64,000 nt of DNA from Gammaproteobacteria bacterium. GTDB lineage: Bacteria; Pseudomonadota; Gammaproteobacteria; Eutrophobiales; Eutrophobiaceae. The notes beneath the pieces are model-generated. The model searched no databases and was not told the origin of the DNA. It saw only the letters and a list, made by a program, of their open reading frames with translations. The translations under genes were made by a program, and so were the position numbers. Shown here one piece after another: positions 30,901 through 41,302 of the stretch. The stretch is from assembly GCA_021773245.1 (NCBI GenBank), contig JAJFKK010000126.1, positions 6,917 through 70,916 of the forward strand, written 5' to 3'. The stretch's first letter is position 1, and each line of letters opens with the position of its first letter.

Positions 30901-33900
30901 CAGGAAATCCTGTTGCCAGTAATGGTTTATTACAAGCAACTCAAGAAAGTATCATTGCTTTACAAAAAATGCAGGAACATACCGCGCGTTTACATCAACA
31001 GTATCTTGAAGGACAAGAAACAGCACAAAAATCAATTCAATCATTGTTAGAGCAACAGCAGCGATTAATGTCAGGACAACCATTAGCTGCTCCTATGCAA
31101 CAGACAGCACAGGTAAGCACGCCAGTACAAGTAAATACTGAAATAATAAAAGCGGAATCAATTAAAGCTCCTATAAAAGAAATACATGAAACGATACAAG
31201 CAACTCCAGCTCAAGATGAACAATCGGATGTTGATATTAATAATTTGTTATTAAAGGTTGTTTCAGAAAAGACCGGTTATCCTTTAGAGATGTTAAGCCT
31301 TGATATGAGTCTGGATACGGATTTAGGTATTGATTCAATCAAGCGTGTTGAAATTCTTTCAGCTTTGCAGGAACAATTACCATGGTCACAAACGGTTAAT
31401 CCGGAAGAGCTTGGTACTTTTCAATTCTTGCAACATATTGTTGAGTTTATTGCTGCGGGCAGGCCTGTAGGAACATCAATAAGTACAGCAGAAAAATCAG
31501 AAGTTACAACAACTCCTCAAATTAATGATAACTTTGCCAAAGTTTTATTGGAAATTGTCTCAGAGAAAACAGGTTATCCAATAGAGATGTTGGAACTAGA
31601 TATGAATCTGGATAGCGATCTCGGTATCGATTCGATTAAGCGTGTTGAAATTCTATCAGCCTTACAAGAGGCGATGCCTGAATTACCAACGATTAGCCCG
31701 GATGAATTGGCTCAGTTACAAACTTTACGTTCTATTACAGAATTGTTTGTTTCTGAACAAACAGAGTCCGTCTCTGCTACTCAGGCAGTAAATACCATTA
31801 ACGGTTTTGCAGATACCTTGTTAGAAGTCGTTGCAGATAAAACCGGATACCCAGTCGATATGCTTAATCTGGAAATGAATCTGGATAGCGATTTGGGTAT
31901 CGACTCAATTAAACGTGTTGAAATTTTATCTGCAATACAAGAATGCATGCCTGAATTACCTTCGGTAAGTCCGGATGATATGGCGACCTTGCAAACATTA
32001 CAGTCTATTGTTGATGTATTTAATATTTCAGAGAATCAGAAATCATTGCCAACAATAAGCAATGATTCAAATTTGTCAGAGGTATTACTCGAAGTTGTTG
32101 CAGATAAAACTGGTTATCCGGTTGATATGTTAAATTTAGAAATGAATTTAGATAGCGACCTCGGAATTGATTCAATCAAACGAGTAGAAATCTTATCAGC
32201 ATTACAAGACAAAATGCCGAACCTTCCAGTCGTAGCAGCAGATGATTTAGCAGCATTACAAACGTTACAACAAATCATTGAGTATATGAATGAGCAGGTT
32301 GTGAGCGAAAACAAAGTAACTCCGGTTACAGTAGATAAAGAAGAAACAATTGAAAATAATAAAGAATCACGAATTGTTAGAAGCGTTGTTCATCTTGTTG
32401 AGATTGATGATGCAGAGGCCAGGCAGAAGGTAGACTTTAATAAAGACAAAGAAATCTGGATTACTAAAGAAGCTGGTGAATTGTCTGAGCAATTAGCAGT
32501 CTCTTTAGAAGGTAAAGGTTATAAAACAAAGCTGATTAATAATGAACAAGAAGTAAAAGGTGACTTTGGTGCCTTGATTATTTGCGCCAAAGCAGAAGCA
32601 GATAAACAATATTTGCTTGATACGTTTAGTTTAATTCAACGTTGTGCTAATAGTTTAAAAAGGTCAAAAGGCATACTTGCTTCAATCACTTCATTAGGTG
32701 GTGACTTCGGGTTTGAAAAAAGCATTGAAGGAAATCCGATTCAAGCTGGGTTGTATGGCATTATCAAAACTGCCGATAAGGAATGGCCAGAAGTTAATTG
32801 CAAGTCAATTGATATCAATACTACGACAACATCACTCGAGATAATTCAAAGTGAACTCTTCCTTGACGGGCCATTAGAAGTTGGTTTAGCTGAAGAGCAA
32901 GCTAAACAACTCATGTTGGAAGAAGAGGAACTCTCTAAAATAAAACAAGAACGAACAGCTTTAAATCAGGATGATCTTGTTGTTATTTCTGGTGGTGCTC
33001 GCGGTGTCACTGCAGAAGTAGCTGTTAAGTTAGCTGAAACATATCAATGTTCCTTATTATTGCTCGGTCGTAGTTCGCAGCCAGAAAATGAACCTGATTG
33101 GTTATCGTCACTATCCGATGCGGCAAGTATCAAGAAAGCAATTATGGATAATAATGAAGAAAAATTACGACCTGCTGATTTAGAGAAACAATACCAATCC
33201 ATACTGGCGAATCGAGAAATTAGAACAACGCTAGATCGAATTGTAAAAACTGGAGCTAAAGCTGAATATGTATCTGTTGATGTCACTAATTCTGATGCGG
33301 TATCAAATGTTATTGATTTGGCCAGAATTGAATTAGGTAATGTCACCGGAATAATACATGCTGCCGGTGTACTTGCTGATCGATTAATAGAAGATAAAAC
33401 AGAAGAACACTTTAATACGGTTTACTCTACTAAAGTTGATGGTTTTCAGAGCCTAATATCTGCAACTGAGAATGACACATTAAAATTGGTCGTTCTATTT
33501 TCATCAACAACAGCAAGACTCGGACGTAAAGGTCAGGTTGATTACGCTGCTGCAAATGAAATATTAAATAAACGAGCAGTATTAGAAAGTCAAAATAGAA
33601 AAGGATGTAAGGTGTTGTCCGTTAATTGGGGTCCATGGGATGGTGGCATGGTTACACCTGCATTAAAGAAACTGTTTTCAGAAGAAGGTGTTGGCGTTAT
33701 TGGATTAAAAACTGGCGCAGAATATTTGATTAATGAAATAGAATCTGATGGCCCTGTAGAGATTGTTGTCCTTGGTGAATCAGACAATATATTGAAAAAA
33801 ATACCATTAAATAATTATTCGGCATCTTCAGTTGAAAGTAGCGATCTATCTATCGCTTTTGAACGAGATCTTTCTGTTAATACACATCCGTTTCTTAAGT

Positions 33901-34694
33901 CACATGTAATGAATGAACAAGCTGTCTTACCTGTGGTGGTTATTATTGAATGGTTCGCACATGGCGCATTACATTTGCATCCTGGTATGCAATTTAATGG
34001 ATTCGATGATTTCCGTGTTTTTAAAGGAGTTACTTTGAAAGCCGATGAAAATATTCGTTTGAGAATTCTCGCTGGTAATATTATACATAAAGGAGATGTT
34101 TCTTTAGTGCCTGTAGAGTTACGTTCTGATGATTTATTACATGCGAGTGCTGTGATGATACTGGCAGATAGTTATGAGACTAATGTTCTACCACAATTAA
34201 AACCTGTTAATGAGAAGTACAATAAAAAACAAGGCGAATATTATCAAAATGGACAGCTGTTTCATGGACAAGACCTACAAGGCATTAGCGAAATAACAGA
34301 TTGTAATGATAAAGGCATTGTTGCCAATGTAAATGTAGCACCACAGCCATCAGCCTGGATAACACAACCAATACGTTCGAGTTGGTTAGCAGAACCTTTA
34401 GTGCTTGATTCTGCATTTCAGATGATGATTCTTTGGAGTTTTGAAGAAAATGGAATTGCATCATTACCAACAGCCATTGCCAGCTATCGTCAATACCAAC
34501 GCAGTTATCCAAAAGATAGCGTTAAAATAGTTGTTAATGTTGATGAGCAAACTAAACACCGCGCGAATGCAGCAATCGAATTTCTTGATAGCAAAGGTCA
34601 GTTAATTGCATTAATCGATGGCTATGAATGTGTTCGTGATGGTTCATTGCAAACGGCATTTAAGAAAAATCAACTAAATCTTGAAGCAATATAA
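27942..34694 (+). CDS. pfaA: PfaA-like PUFA/secondary-lipid synthase subunit: KS - AT - ACP x4 - KR - PKS-type DH
   Basis: KS active site VVDAACASSLSAL (Cys218) with EAHGTGT and GHTKAAAG. AT motifs GQGSQYTGM and GHSYGE. Four LGIDSIKRVEILSA ACPs (Ser1132, 1231, 1322, 1411). KR Rossmann motif VVISGGARGVTAEVA. DH motif HPFLKSHV. Confidence 0.9.
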   Translation: MSKKKNKNQMQPLAIVGIGCLFPKADNPQEYWTNIREGVDAITDIPESHWKPQDYFDADKTAPDMTYAKRGGFINAQDFNPLLYGLSPNNIEATDTTQLLGMVATRQALIDANYSTAKDAGDGREFDRDRTSVIMGVTGTLELVIPLGARLGHPIWRKALADAGIDPETTEDVVQRIADGYVPWQENSFPGLLGNVAAGRIANRFDFGGTNCVVDAACASSLSALHLAAMELDSGRVDMAITGGVDTFNDIFMYMCFSKTPALSPTGNSRPFAKEGDGTILGEGIGSVILKRLDDAKRDNDKIYAVLRGIGSSSDGRGNAIYAPSAAGQTKALWNAYREADVSPRSIELVEAHGTGTSVGDAVEATALSGVYAQDNEDETWCAIGSVKSMIGHTKAAAGVAGLIKTAMALKYKVLPPSIKVDEPLEMINPGTSPVYLNTVKRPWLKTQATPRRAGLSSFGFGGSNFHCVLEEAEETKTDIEWDGHALIIALNADSKEELIKQLPDSSILVSWNELRFFAYDSCQSFKSDAAHRLTIVIEKSNPDVTKHITDIKSQLSSSSESSWQRPDGVTYSSEESNDNVAFVFPGQGSQYTGMCRDLACQFPQFLNVLEQANNIFIEATGKESLGKESLGDVLYPIPVFSKADQKQQEENLRQTQNAQPAIGAVSLGVLNVLNHFSVKPKAAIGHSYGELTALSAAGLYDAETCHRLSRIRGELMAAGEGDRGSMLAVVASYEQVESLLKENNIELVIANHNSPTQVVLSGATDQIDAFAKVAKAEKIRAIKLPVAAAFHSSFVADAAKPFAAAMAPFEFDKNTYQVLSNTTTDAYPEDTDAAKQLLANQLASPVRFVEQVEKLYAEGITTFVEVGPGKTLTGLINSILAGKAVITVAIDASVGKKEGQYDLALVLATLAAHGQQVELSKWDGACSEMERPAKDAKPAMTIAISGANYMMPREPRPPRQPKQVTNTMTDDVKTNVSNKKTELVTTGNPVASNGLLQATQESIIALQKMQEHTARLHQQYLEGQETAQKSIQSLLEQQQRLMSGQPLAAPMQQTAQVSTPVQVNTEIIKAESIKAPIKEIHETIQATPAQDEQSDVDINNLLLKVVSEKTGYPLEMLSLDMSLDTDLGIDSIKRVEILSALQEQLPWSQTVNPEELGTFQFLQHIVEFIAAGRPVGTSISTAEKSEVTTTPQINDNFAKVLLEIVSEKTGYPIEMLELDMNLDSDLGIDSIKRVEILSALQEAMPELPTISPDELAQLQTLRSITELFVSEQTESVSATQAVNTINGFADTLLEVVADKTGYPVDMLNLEMNLDSDLGIDSIKRVEILSAIQECMPELPSVSPDDMATLQTLQSIVDVFNISENQKSLPTISNDSNLSEVLLEVVADKTGYPVDMLNLEMNLDSDLGIDSIKRVEILSALQDKMPNLPVVAADDLAALQTLQQIIEYMNEQVVSENKVTPVTVDKEETIENNKESRIVRSVVHLVEIDDAEARQKVDFNKDKEIWITKEAGELSEQLAVSLEGKGYKTKLINNEQEVKGDFGALIICAKAEADKQYLLDTFSLIQRCANSLKRSKGILASITSLGGDFGFEKSIEGNPIQAGLYGIIKTADKEWPEVNCKSIDINTTTTSLEIIQSELFLDGPLEVGLAEEQAKQLMLEEEELSKIKQERTALNQDDLVVISGGARGVTAEVAVKLAETYQCSLLLLGRSSQPENEPDWLSSLSDAASIKKAIMDNNEEKLRPADLEKQYQSILANREIRTTLDRIVKTGAKAEYVSVDVTNSDAVSNVIDLARIELGNVTGIIHAAGVLADRLIEDKTEEHFNTVYSTKVDGFQSLISATENDTLKLVVLFSSTTARLGRKGQVDYAAANEILNKRAVLESQNRKGCKVLSVNWGPWDGGMVTPALKKLFSEEGVGVIGLKTGAEYLINEIESDGPVEIVVLGESDNILKKIPLNNYSASSVESSDLSIAFERDLSVNTHPFLKSHVMNEQAVLPVVVIIEWFAHGALHLHPGMQFNGFDDFRVFKGVTLKADENIRLRILAGNIIHKGDVSLVPVELRSDDLLHASAVMILADSYETNVLPQLKPVNEKYNKKQGEYYQNGQLFHGQDLQGISEITDCNDKGIVANVNVAPQPSAWITQPIRSSWLAEPLVLDSAFQMMILWSFEENGIASLPTAIASYRQYQRSYPKDSVKIVVNVDEQTKHRANAAIEFLDSKGQLIALIDGYECVRDGSLQTAFKKNQLNLEAI
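31240..32290 (+). repeat. Tandem array of four ACP-coding repeats (~270-300-bp period)
   Basis: Four copies of ...KTGYP(L/I/V)(E/D)ML.L(D/E)M.LD.DLGIDSIKRVEILSA... ACP3 and ACP4 share a 39-aa identical run (31818-31934 and 32085-32201). Confidence 0.9.
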
Positions 34695-34732
34695 AAGTTT
34701 AGATTTTATAAATCTGAGCGAGTAATAATTTA

Positions 34733-37700
34733 ATGGCAGAACGAATAGCAATTGTTGGTATTGGCGGTGTTTTTCCTGGCTCCAGTAATCTAGATGAATT
34801 CTGGAAAAACATTCTTGATGCAAAGGATACTGCGGTTAATGTTGGAGCAGATCGTTGGCGTCTCGAAGCTAATGACTTGTATTCTCCAGAATTAGCAGCG
34901 GACAAAGTCAATTCTCGCCGCGCCTGTCTGATTCAAGACTTTAAGTTTAATCCTGCTGGATTTAATGTTGATGCTTCTCTGCTTCAACGTCTGGATCCAA
35001 TGTATCAAATTTTATTACATGCCGGTCGGGATGCTTGGGCCGATGCAAAGACTGATGCAATAAACAAAGAGCGTGTTGGTATTGTCATTGGAAATATCGC
35101 ATTGCCTACAGAATCATCTTCACAATTTAGTGATGAAGTATTTAAGCAACTGTTCGAAGCACAACTAAATATTGAACAGAATAATAATAAAGAAAGTGTT
35201 GAGCCATTAAATCGTTATGTTGCTGGATTACCTGCTGGCTTGTTGGCAAAAGCATTAGGTTTTGGCGCAGGAGCTTATACATTAGATGCGGCCTGTTCTT
35301 CTTCTCTTTATTCCTTAAAGTATGCAATTGATGAATTAATTGCTGGACGTACTGATGTAATGTTGGCTGGTGGCTTATCTCGGCCAGATTGTTTGTATAC
35401 GCAAATGGGTTTTTCACAACTCAACGCTATTTCTAAATCAGGACGTTGTTCTCCTTTCGATAGTAAAGCCGATGGTCTGGTTGTCGGTGAAGGTTCGGGT
35501 ATTTTTGTGCTTAAGCGTTTAAGTGATGCTATAGAACAAGATGATCATGTTTACGCAACGATTGAAGGTATTGGTTTATCGAATGATATTGAAGGCAATA
35601 TCATGTCGCCGGATTCTGAAGGTCAAGGTCGTGCCATGCAATCAGCATATGAGATGGCCGGTTGGAAACCAAACCAGGTACAACATATTGAATGTCATGG
35701 TACCGGTACTCCAGTTGGTGATGGCGTTGAGTTCACATCATTAAAAAATCTTTGGAAAAGTCATAATGTCGATGGCGAATGTATTATTGGTTCTGTTAAG
35801 AGTAACGTTGGTCATTTATTAACTGCTGCCGGTGCAGCAGCATTAATGAAAACCTTGTTGGCAATGAAGCACGGCGTATTACCACCTACTGCAAACTATG
35901 AATCTCCTTCGAATAAAATCGATTTAGCTAACAGTCCATTTAAAGTATTAGATGTAGCTGAAGCATGGGATGTTGAAAACAATGTGCCTCGGCGTGCGGC
36001 GATAAGTGGCTTTGGTTTTGGCGGTATTAATGCTCATATTCTTCTTCAACAATACTTGCCAGAAAATAATGAAACTTTATCTGATGTTAATACTGAAATA
36101 AATAAAATAGACATCGCAATAATTGGTTTGGAGTCACGTTTAGGTCCATGGAGTAATCAACAAGAATTTGATGAAACTGTATTGTTTGGTACAGATGAAA
36201 AATTGAAGCAGCCAAGTAATTGCTGGGGAGCTGATTGCAAGAATGTTCAAGGCTATTTAATTGATGAAGTCAAAATACCTTTAGGTCGTTATCGAATTCC
36301 ACCCGCAGAATTAAAAGAGATGTTGCCTCAACAACTACTTATGTTAGAAGTTGCGGCAGATGCTTTGCAGGACGCAGGGCTTTCAGAACTTTCTGATGAG
36401 CAACAATGCAGAACAGGTGTATATATAGGCATTGCACTTGATTTGAATACAACAAACTTTCATTTTCGCTGGATGCAGAAGAAATATGCGAGTGAATGGC
36501 TTAAGAAATTGGGCATTAAATTAAATGATACTGATTTATCTGAATGGATAGAAAACCTTAAACAAGCATTTGGTCCAGCTTTAACAGCTAATAGAACGAT
36601 GGGAGCGTTAGGAGGTATTGTTGCCAGTCGTATTGCGCGTGCATTTCGTATTGGCGGTCCTGCGTTTACTATTTCATCCGAAGAAACGTCTGGGTTGCAT
36701 GCGCTGGAATCAGGTGTTCGTGCTTTACAACAAAATGAACTTGATCAGGCTATTGTTGGTGCTGTTGATCTTGCCAGTGATATCAGAGCCGTAAAAGGAA
36801 ATATTGCTGAAATCGATAGTATTGCCGATGGTGCAACTGCCTTTGTGTTAAAACGACATGAAGATGCAATGCGAGATGGCGATAAGGTATACGCTACAAT
36901 CAAAGGTATTGGTGCTGCTTCAGCTGGTGGATGCGATATAAAACCTGAACAATCAGCAATGATAACGGCTATTCAAAACGCCTGTTCAGATGCACAGTGT
37001 CATTTAGATAAGATTGATTTTGTTAGTCAGGCAGCGAAAACTAATGCCGTTGATATTCCTGTTTTAAAAAATGCTGAAATAAGTAAATTTTCTTTAGGTA
37101 ATTCTGGTGCCGCAAACGGCTTAATGAGTGTAGCAAGTACGATTAGTGCCTTACACCACTGTATCCAACCAGGTGATAATCATTCAAAACCACATTATTG
37201 GTTAAGAGATCGAATTAAAGGCTCAAGACAGGCATTGGTAAATGCTACAAGTATTGATGGTAATTGTGTCAGTGTGGTTTTGGAACAAGCAGACACGGAT
37301 ATTAATGTTAAAAATATATCATCAAAACTAATTACATTATCTGCAAGTACTAAAGAATTATTAATAGCTAACCTTAATGCTTTGTCTTTTAATGATGTTG
37401 TTGTAGATAAACAGGAAAAGCATCGCATTGTTATATTAGTTGATGATGAAAAAGAATTTAATCAGGTTCGAAATGAAGTCATAACTGCAATAGAAAATAA
37501 CATTTCCATTGATAATGGGCATTGTTTTTATTCTGCATCGCTTTTAGCGGAAGAGGGTAAGCTTGCTTTTGTTTATCCAGGTTCTGGCAATCATTTCTTT
37601 GGTATGGGACAGGAATTAGGAGTCACTTTTCCTGATGTATTGGAAAAATTAGATGACGAAAATGAAACTCTGGCGACACAATTTGCACAGGGGCGTTTCT

Positions 37701-40700
37701 GGAAAAAAGATGATGGCAAGGAACTGAGTCATGAAGAAGTCATTTTTGGTCAAGTTTGGTTAGGTACTTTTGTTAGTGATGTTGTTGCCAGTTTTGACAT
37801 CAAGCCTGATGCGGTTATCGGATATAGCTTAGGTGAAACAGCAGGTTTCTTTTCAACGCGTACATGGACAGCGCGAGATGAAATGTTAAAACGAATTCAG
37901 CAAAGCACCTTGTTTACAGAAGAACTCGCGGGCCCTTGCACCTCTGTACAAAAAGCATGGGGAACGGCTAAACCTGTCGATTGGGCATTAGGTGTGATTA
38001 ACACCAGTGCGGATAAGGTCAAAGCTGCAGTAGAAAAATATGAACATGTTTATTTACTGATTATTAATACACCGAATGAATGCGTTATTGGTGGTGATAA
38101 AACCGAATTAAATAAAGCCGTTAAAGAACTTAATGCGCAATACCACCCTTTGTCAGGAGTCACGACAGTACATTGTGAAGTTGCAAAGCCTGTCGAAAAA
38201 GCTTATCGCGATTTGCACATCTTTGAAACGACACCACCGAAAGATGTCACGTTTTATAGTGGCATACGTGGTGGTGCTTATGAAGTTACACAAGATTCTG
38301 CTGCAGATTCGATTTTGGATCAGGCATTAGCACCGTTTGATTATACGAAAGTGATTAATAGCGCTTATGAAGATGGCGTACGTTTGTTTGTTGAAATGGG
38401 GCCAGGCGGTTCTTGCACACGGATGATTGATAAAATTCTTGAAGATAAGCCTCATTATGCAAAAGCAGTTTGTGTTAAAGGAAAAAATAGTGTCGATAAT
38501 GTATTGCAGTGTTTGGCCAGACTATATGTTGAAGGTATAGACGTAAACTTTTCAAAATTACAAACTCATAAAGCTAATGATAAAATAGAATATAAAAACT
38601 TTATCAGTGTTAAAACAGGTGGTGAGTCATTCAAAGTTCCGCAGCCATCTATATCGAAACCGGATGTGATTAAAGATCTGCAATTTGAAGTAAAAGATAA
38701 TGTTATTGAATTAAGTAATACGTTAAAAAATGTTACGCCATTGCCAATGGCTGCTAATGACGGTTTTCAACCTATGATTCAACAGATGCAATTAACTGAA
38801 CAGGCTCGTGCAGAAGCACAGGAAACATTTTTGCGTGTTAGACAAGGAATGACAGAAACACTAACGCAAGCTATTAATATGCAAATGCAATTGTTGGGTA
38901 ATTCGGATGTGGATTTATCTCAAGCATCGATAGTTCCTGATAGATTAGAAAAAGTTGAATGTTTATTTGATAGAGAACAGTGCATGGAGTTTGCAATCGG
39001 TTCAATTGGCAAAATGCTTGGATCTGAATTTGCTGATATTGATCAATATTCAACACGTGTTCGGCTTCCTGATGAACCTTTAATGTTGGCTGACCGGATA
39101 TTAGAAATTGAAGGAGTAGAAGATTCATTAAAAGACGATCCTAATACTAATGGACGTGTTGTGACCGAACATGATGTATTGCCGGGCGCATGGTATTTGG
39201 ATCAAGGACGCATTCCAACCTGCATTGCAGTAGAGGCTGGTCAGGCTGATTTATTTTTATCAGGTTATTTAGGAATAGATCATATTACCAAAGGTCTGGC
39301 AGTTTATAGATTATTAGATGCGAAAATAACCTTTCATGGTTCTTTACCTAAAGCCGGTGAAACGATTCATTATGATATTCGTATTGAAGAGTTTTTCCGT
39401 CAGGATGATACCTATCTATTCCGTTTTAATTTTGAAGGTACTGTTAATGGTCAGCCGCTATTAACGATGACAGAAGGTTGTGCCGGTTTCTTTACGCAAC
39501 AGGAATTGGATGCGGGCAAAGGTATAGTGTTGACGAATATAGAGAAGCAACCAGCGCAAGGTAAATATACTAAAGATTGGAAGCAACTTATTGCTATGCA
39601 AGTTGAAAGTTATAGCGATGAACAATTAACTGCCCTACGACAGGGTGACTTAGCAGCCTGTTTTGGTGAGTCATTTAAGAATATTGATTTGATTAATCCG
39701 GTTGGTTTACCTAGTGGTCGTATGACGTTGGTTCATCGCATACTTAAACTCGATCCAAATGCAGGGCGTTTTGGAATAGGCCAAATTACAGGTGAAGCAG
39801 ATATTCATCCGGATGATTGGTTTCTGACTTGTCACTTTGTAGATGATCGCGTTATGCCAGGTACATTAATGTATGAATGCTGTCTTCATACTCTACGTGT
39901 TTACTTATTGCGCATGGGTTGGATTGGCGAAGAAGATGAATTTGTTTATGAACCCATTATTGGTGAAGTCAGTCAGTTGAAATGTCGAGGACAAGTCACA
40001 GAAGAAACCAAAGCAGTTCAGTATGAAATTACATTAAAAGAAATTGGTTATCGTGAAGATGGCACACCTTATGTATTAGCCGATGCCTTAATGTATGGTG
40101 ACCATCGCGCTATTGTGCAGATGAAAAATATGTCTGTTCAATTAAGTGGTTTGAAAAAAGAAAAACTGGAAGCATTGTGGCAAAACAAAAACTCAATAGA
40201 AACAAAACAGGTTTTATTTGATAATGAATCAATACTTGCTTTTGCTACTGGCAAGCCGTCTGAAGCTTTTGGTGATCGATATAAAATATTTGATAGCGGA
40301 CGAAAGATTGCAAGACTACCTGGACCACCGTATAAATTTTTAGATCGTATTGTTTCTATTAAAGATTGCGAACAATGGGTCTTGAAAGCAGGCGGTACTA
40401 TTGAGGCGGAATATGATGTCCCTACCGATGAATGGTATTTTACTGAAGATAACCAACCCTATATGCCTTTTGCGGTATTACTGGAAGTGGCATTACAGCC
40501 ATGTGGTTGGTTAGCCGCTTATTTAGGTTCTGCTTTGACCAGCGATGTTGATATTTCATTTAGAAATCTCGGTGGCACGGCAACACAATATATAAAAGTA
40601 ACGCCGGAGATAGGAACGCTTACTACTAAAGTGAAAATGACCAGCGTTTCACAATCGGGCGGTATGATTATTCAGACTTATGAATACGAAATGACATCAG

Positions 40701-41293
40701 ATCAGGGGCTGGTCTATAAAGGCGATACCAACTTTGGCTTTTTCTCCAAGCAAGCTTTGGCTGATCAGATCGGAATTCGTGATGCCAAACCTTATGTTTC
40801 TACAGAACTGGAGCAACGAGTTCAATCCTTTACTTACCCGACAATTGCTCCTATGCCAGCAGATATGATGCGAATGTTGGATGAGATTAGTCTGTTTGAT
40901 ACTGAAGGCGGGCCAAATAATCTCGGTTTTATAGAAGGGACTGCTAAAGTTAAAGAAGATGCCTGGTTTTTTAAGGCACATTTTTACGAAGATCCAGTCT
41001 GGCCTGGATCATTAGGCTTGGAGTCGTTCATGCAATTATTGAAAGTATTTGCCTGGGAACGTTGGCAGGATGAGTTGAAAATAGGTGAGTTTGTCTTTGA
41101 AAGCATGGCTTTGAATCATCTTCATAAATGGGTGTATCGAGGCCAAATTTTGCCTGTAGATGAGCAAGTCACTATTCAGGCTGTGATAACCGAGATTGAT
41201 GATGCTACTAAAACTATTAAGGCGGATGGTTTTTTGACTGTAGATGGAAGAATTATCTACCAGATGAAAGATTTTGCCCTCCGAATCGCATAG
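34733..41293 (+). CDS. pfaC: PfaC-like subunit with embedded acyltransferase: KS - CLF - AT - 2x FabA-type DH (with pseudo-DH partners)
   Basis: KS motifs LDAACSSSLYSL and ECHGTGT. CLF with Cys replaced (TISSEETSGLHAL). AT motif GYSLGE. FabA-like motifs FLTCHFVDDRVMPGTLMYE and FKAHFYEDPVWPGSLGLE. Confidence 0.85.
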   Translation: MAERIAIVGIGGVFPGSSNLDEFWKNILDAKDTAVNVGADRWRLEANDLYSPELAADKVNSRRACLIQDFKFNPAGFNVDASLLQRLDPMYQILLHAGRDAWADAKTDAINKERVGIVIGNIALPTESSSQFSDEVFKQLFEAQLNIEQNNNKESVEPLNRYVAGLPAGLLAKALGFGAGAYTLDAACSSSLYSLKYAIDELIAGRTDVMLAGGLSRPDCLYTQMGFSQLNAISKSGRCSPFDSKADGLVVGEGSGIFVLKRLSDAIEQDDHVYATIEGIGLSNDIEGNIMSPDSEGQGRAMQSAYEMAGWKPNQVQHIECHGTGTPVGDGVEFTSLKNLWKSHNVDGECIIGSVKSNVGHLLTAAGAAALMKTLLAMKHGVLPPTANYESPSNKIDLANSPFKVLDVAEAWDVENNVPRRAAISGFGFGGINAHILLQQYLPENNETLSDVNTEINKIDIAIIGLESRLGPWSNQQEFDETVLFGTDEKLKQPSNCWGADCKNVQGYLIDEVKIPLGRYRIPPAELKEMLPQQLLMLEVAADALQDAGLSELSDEQQCRTGVYIGIALDLNTTNFHFRWMQKKYASEWLKKLGIKLNDTDLSEWIENLKQAFGPALTANRTMGALGGIVASRIARAFRIGGPAFTISSEETSGLHALESGVRALQQNELDQAIVGAVDLASDIRAVKGNIAEIDSIADGATAFVLKRHEDAMRDGDKVYATIKGIGAASAGGCDIKPEQSAMITAIQNACSDAQCHLDKIDFVSQAAKTNAVDIPVLKNAEISKFSLGNSGAANGLMSVASTISALHHCIQPGDNHSKPHYWLRDRIKGSRQALVNATSIDGNCVSVVLEQADTDINVKNISSKLITLSASTKELLIANLNALSFNDVVVDKQEKHRIVILVDDEKEFNQVRNEVITAIENNISIDNGHCFYSASLLAEEGKLAFVYPGSGNHFFGMGQELGVTFPDVLEKLDDENETLATQFAQGRFWKKDDGKELSHEEVIFGQVWLGTFVSDVVASFDIKPDAVIGYSLGETAGFFSTRTWTARDEMLKRIQQSTLFTEELAGPCTSVQKAWGTAKPVDWALGVINTSADKVKAAVEKYEHVYLLIINTPNECVIGGDKTELNKAVKELNAQYHPLSGVTTVHCEVAKPVEKAYRDLHIFETTPPKDVTFYSGIRGGAYEVTQDSAADSILDQALAPFDYTKVINSAYEDGVRLFVEMGPGGSCTRMIDKILEDKPHYAKAVCVKGKNSVDNVLQCLARLYVEGIDVNFSKLQTHKANDKIEYKNFISVKTGGESFKVPQPSISKPDVIKDLQFEVKDNVIELSNTLKNVTPLPMAANDGFQPMIQQMQLTEQARAEAQETFLRVRQGMTETLTQAINMQMQLLGNSDVDLSQASIVPDRLEKVECLFDREQCMEFAIGSIGKMLGSEFADIDQYSTRVRLPDEPLMLADRILEIEGVEDSLKDDPNTNGRVVTEHDVLPGAWYLDQGRIPTCIAVEAGQADLFLSGYLGIDHITKGLAVYRLLDAKITFHGSLPKAGETIHYDIRIEEFFRQDDTYLFRFNFEGTVNGQPLLTMTEGCAGFFTQQELDAGKGIVLTNIEKQPAQGKYTKDWKQLIAMQVESYSDEQLTALRQGDLAACFGESFKNIDLINPVGLPSGRMTLVHRILKLDPNAGRFGIGQITGEADIHPDDWFLTCHFVDDRVMPGTLMYECCLHTLRVYLLRMGWIGEEDEFVYEPIIGEVSQLKCRGQVTEETKAVQYEITLKEIGYREDGTPYVLADALMYGDHRAIVQMKNMSVQLSGLKKEKLEALWQNKNSIETKQVLFDNESILAFATGKPSEAFGDRYKIFDSGRKIARLPGPPYKFLDRIVSIKDCEQWVLKAGGTIEAEYDVPTDEWYFTEDNQPYMPFAVLLEVALQPCGWLAAYLGSALTSDVDISFRNLGGTATQYIKVTPEIGTLTTKVKMTSVSQSGGMIIQTYEYEMTSDQGLVYKGDTNFGFFSKQALADQIGIRDAKPYVSTELEQRVQSFTYPTIAPMPADMMRMLDEISLFDTEGGPNNLGFIEGTAKVKEDAWFFKAHFYEDPVWPGSLGLESFMQLLKVFAWERWQDELKIGEFVFESMALNHLHKWVYRGQILPVDEQVTIQAVITEIDDATKTIKADGFLTVDGRIIYQMKDFALRIA

Positions 41294-41302
41294 AATGAAC
41301 CG

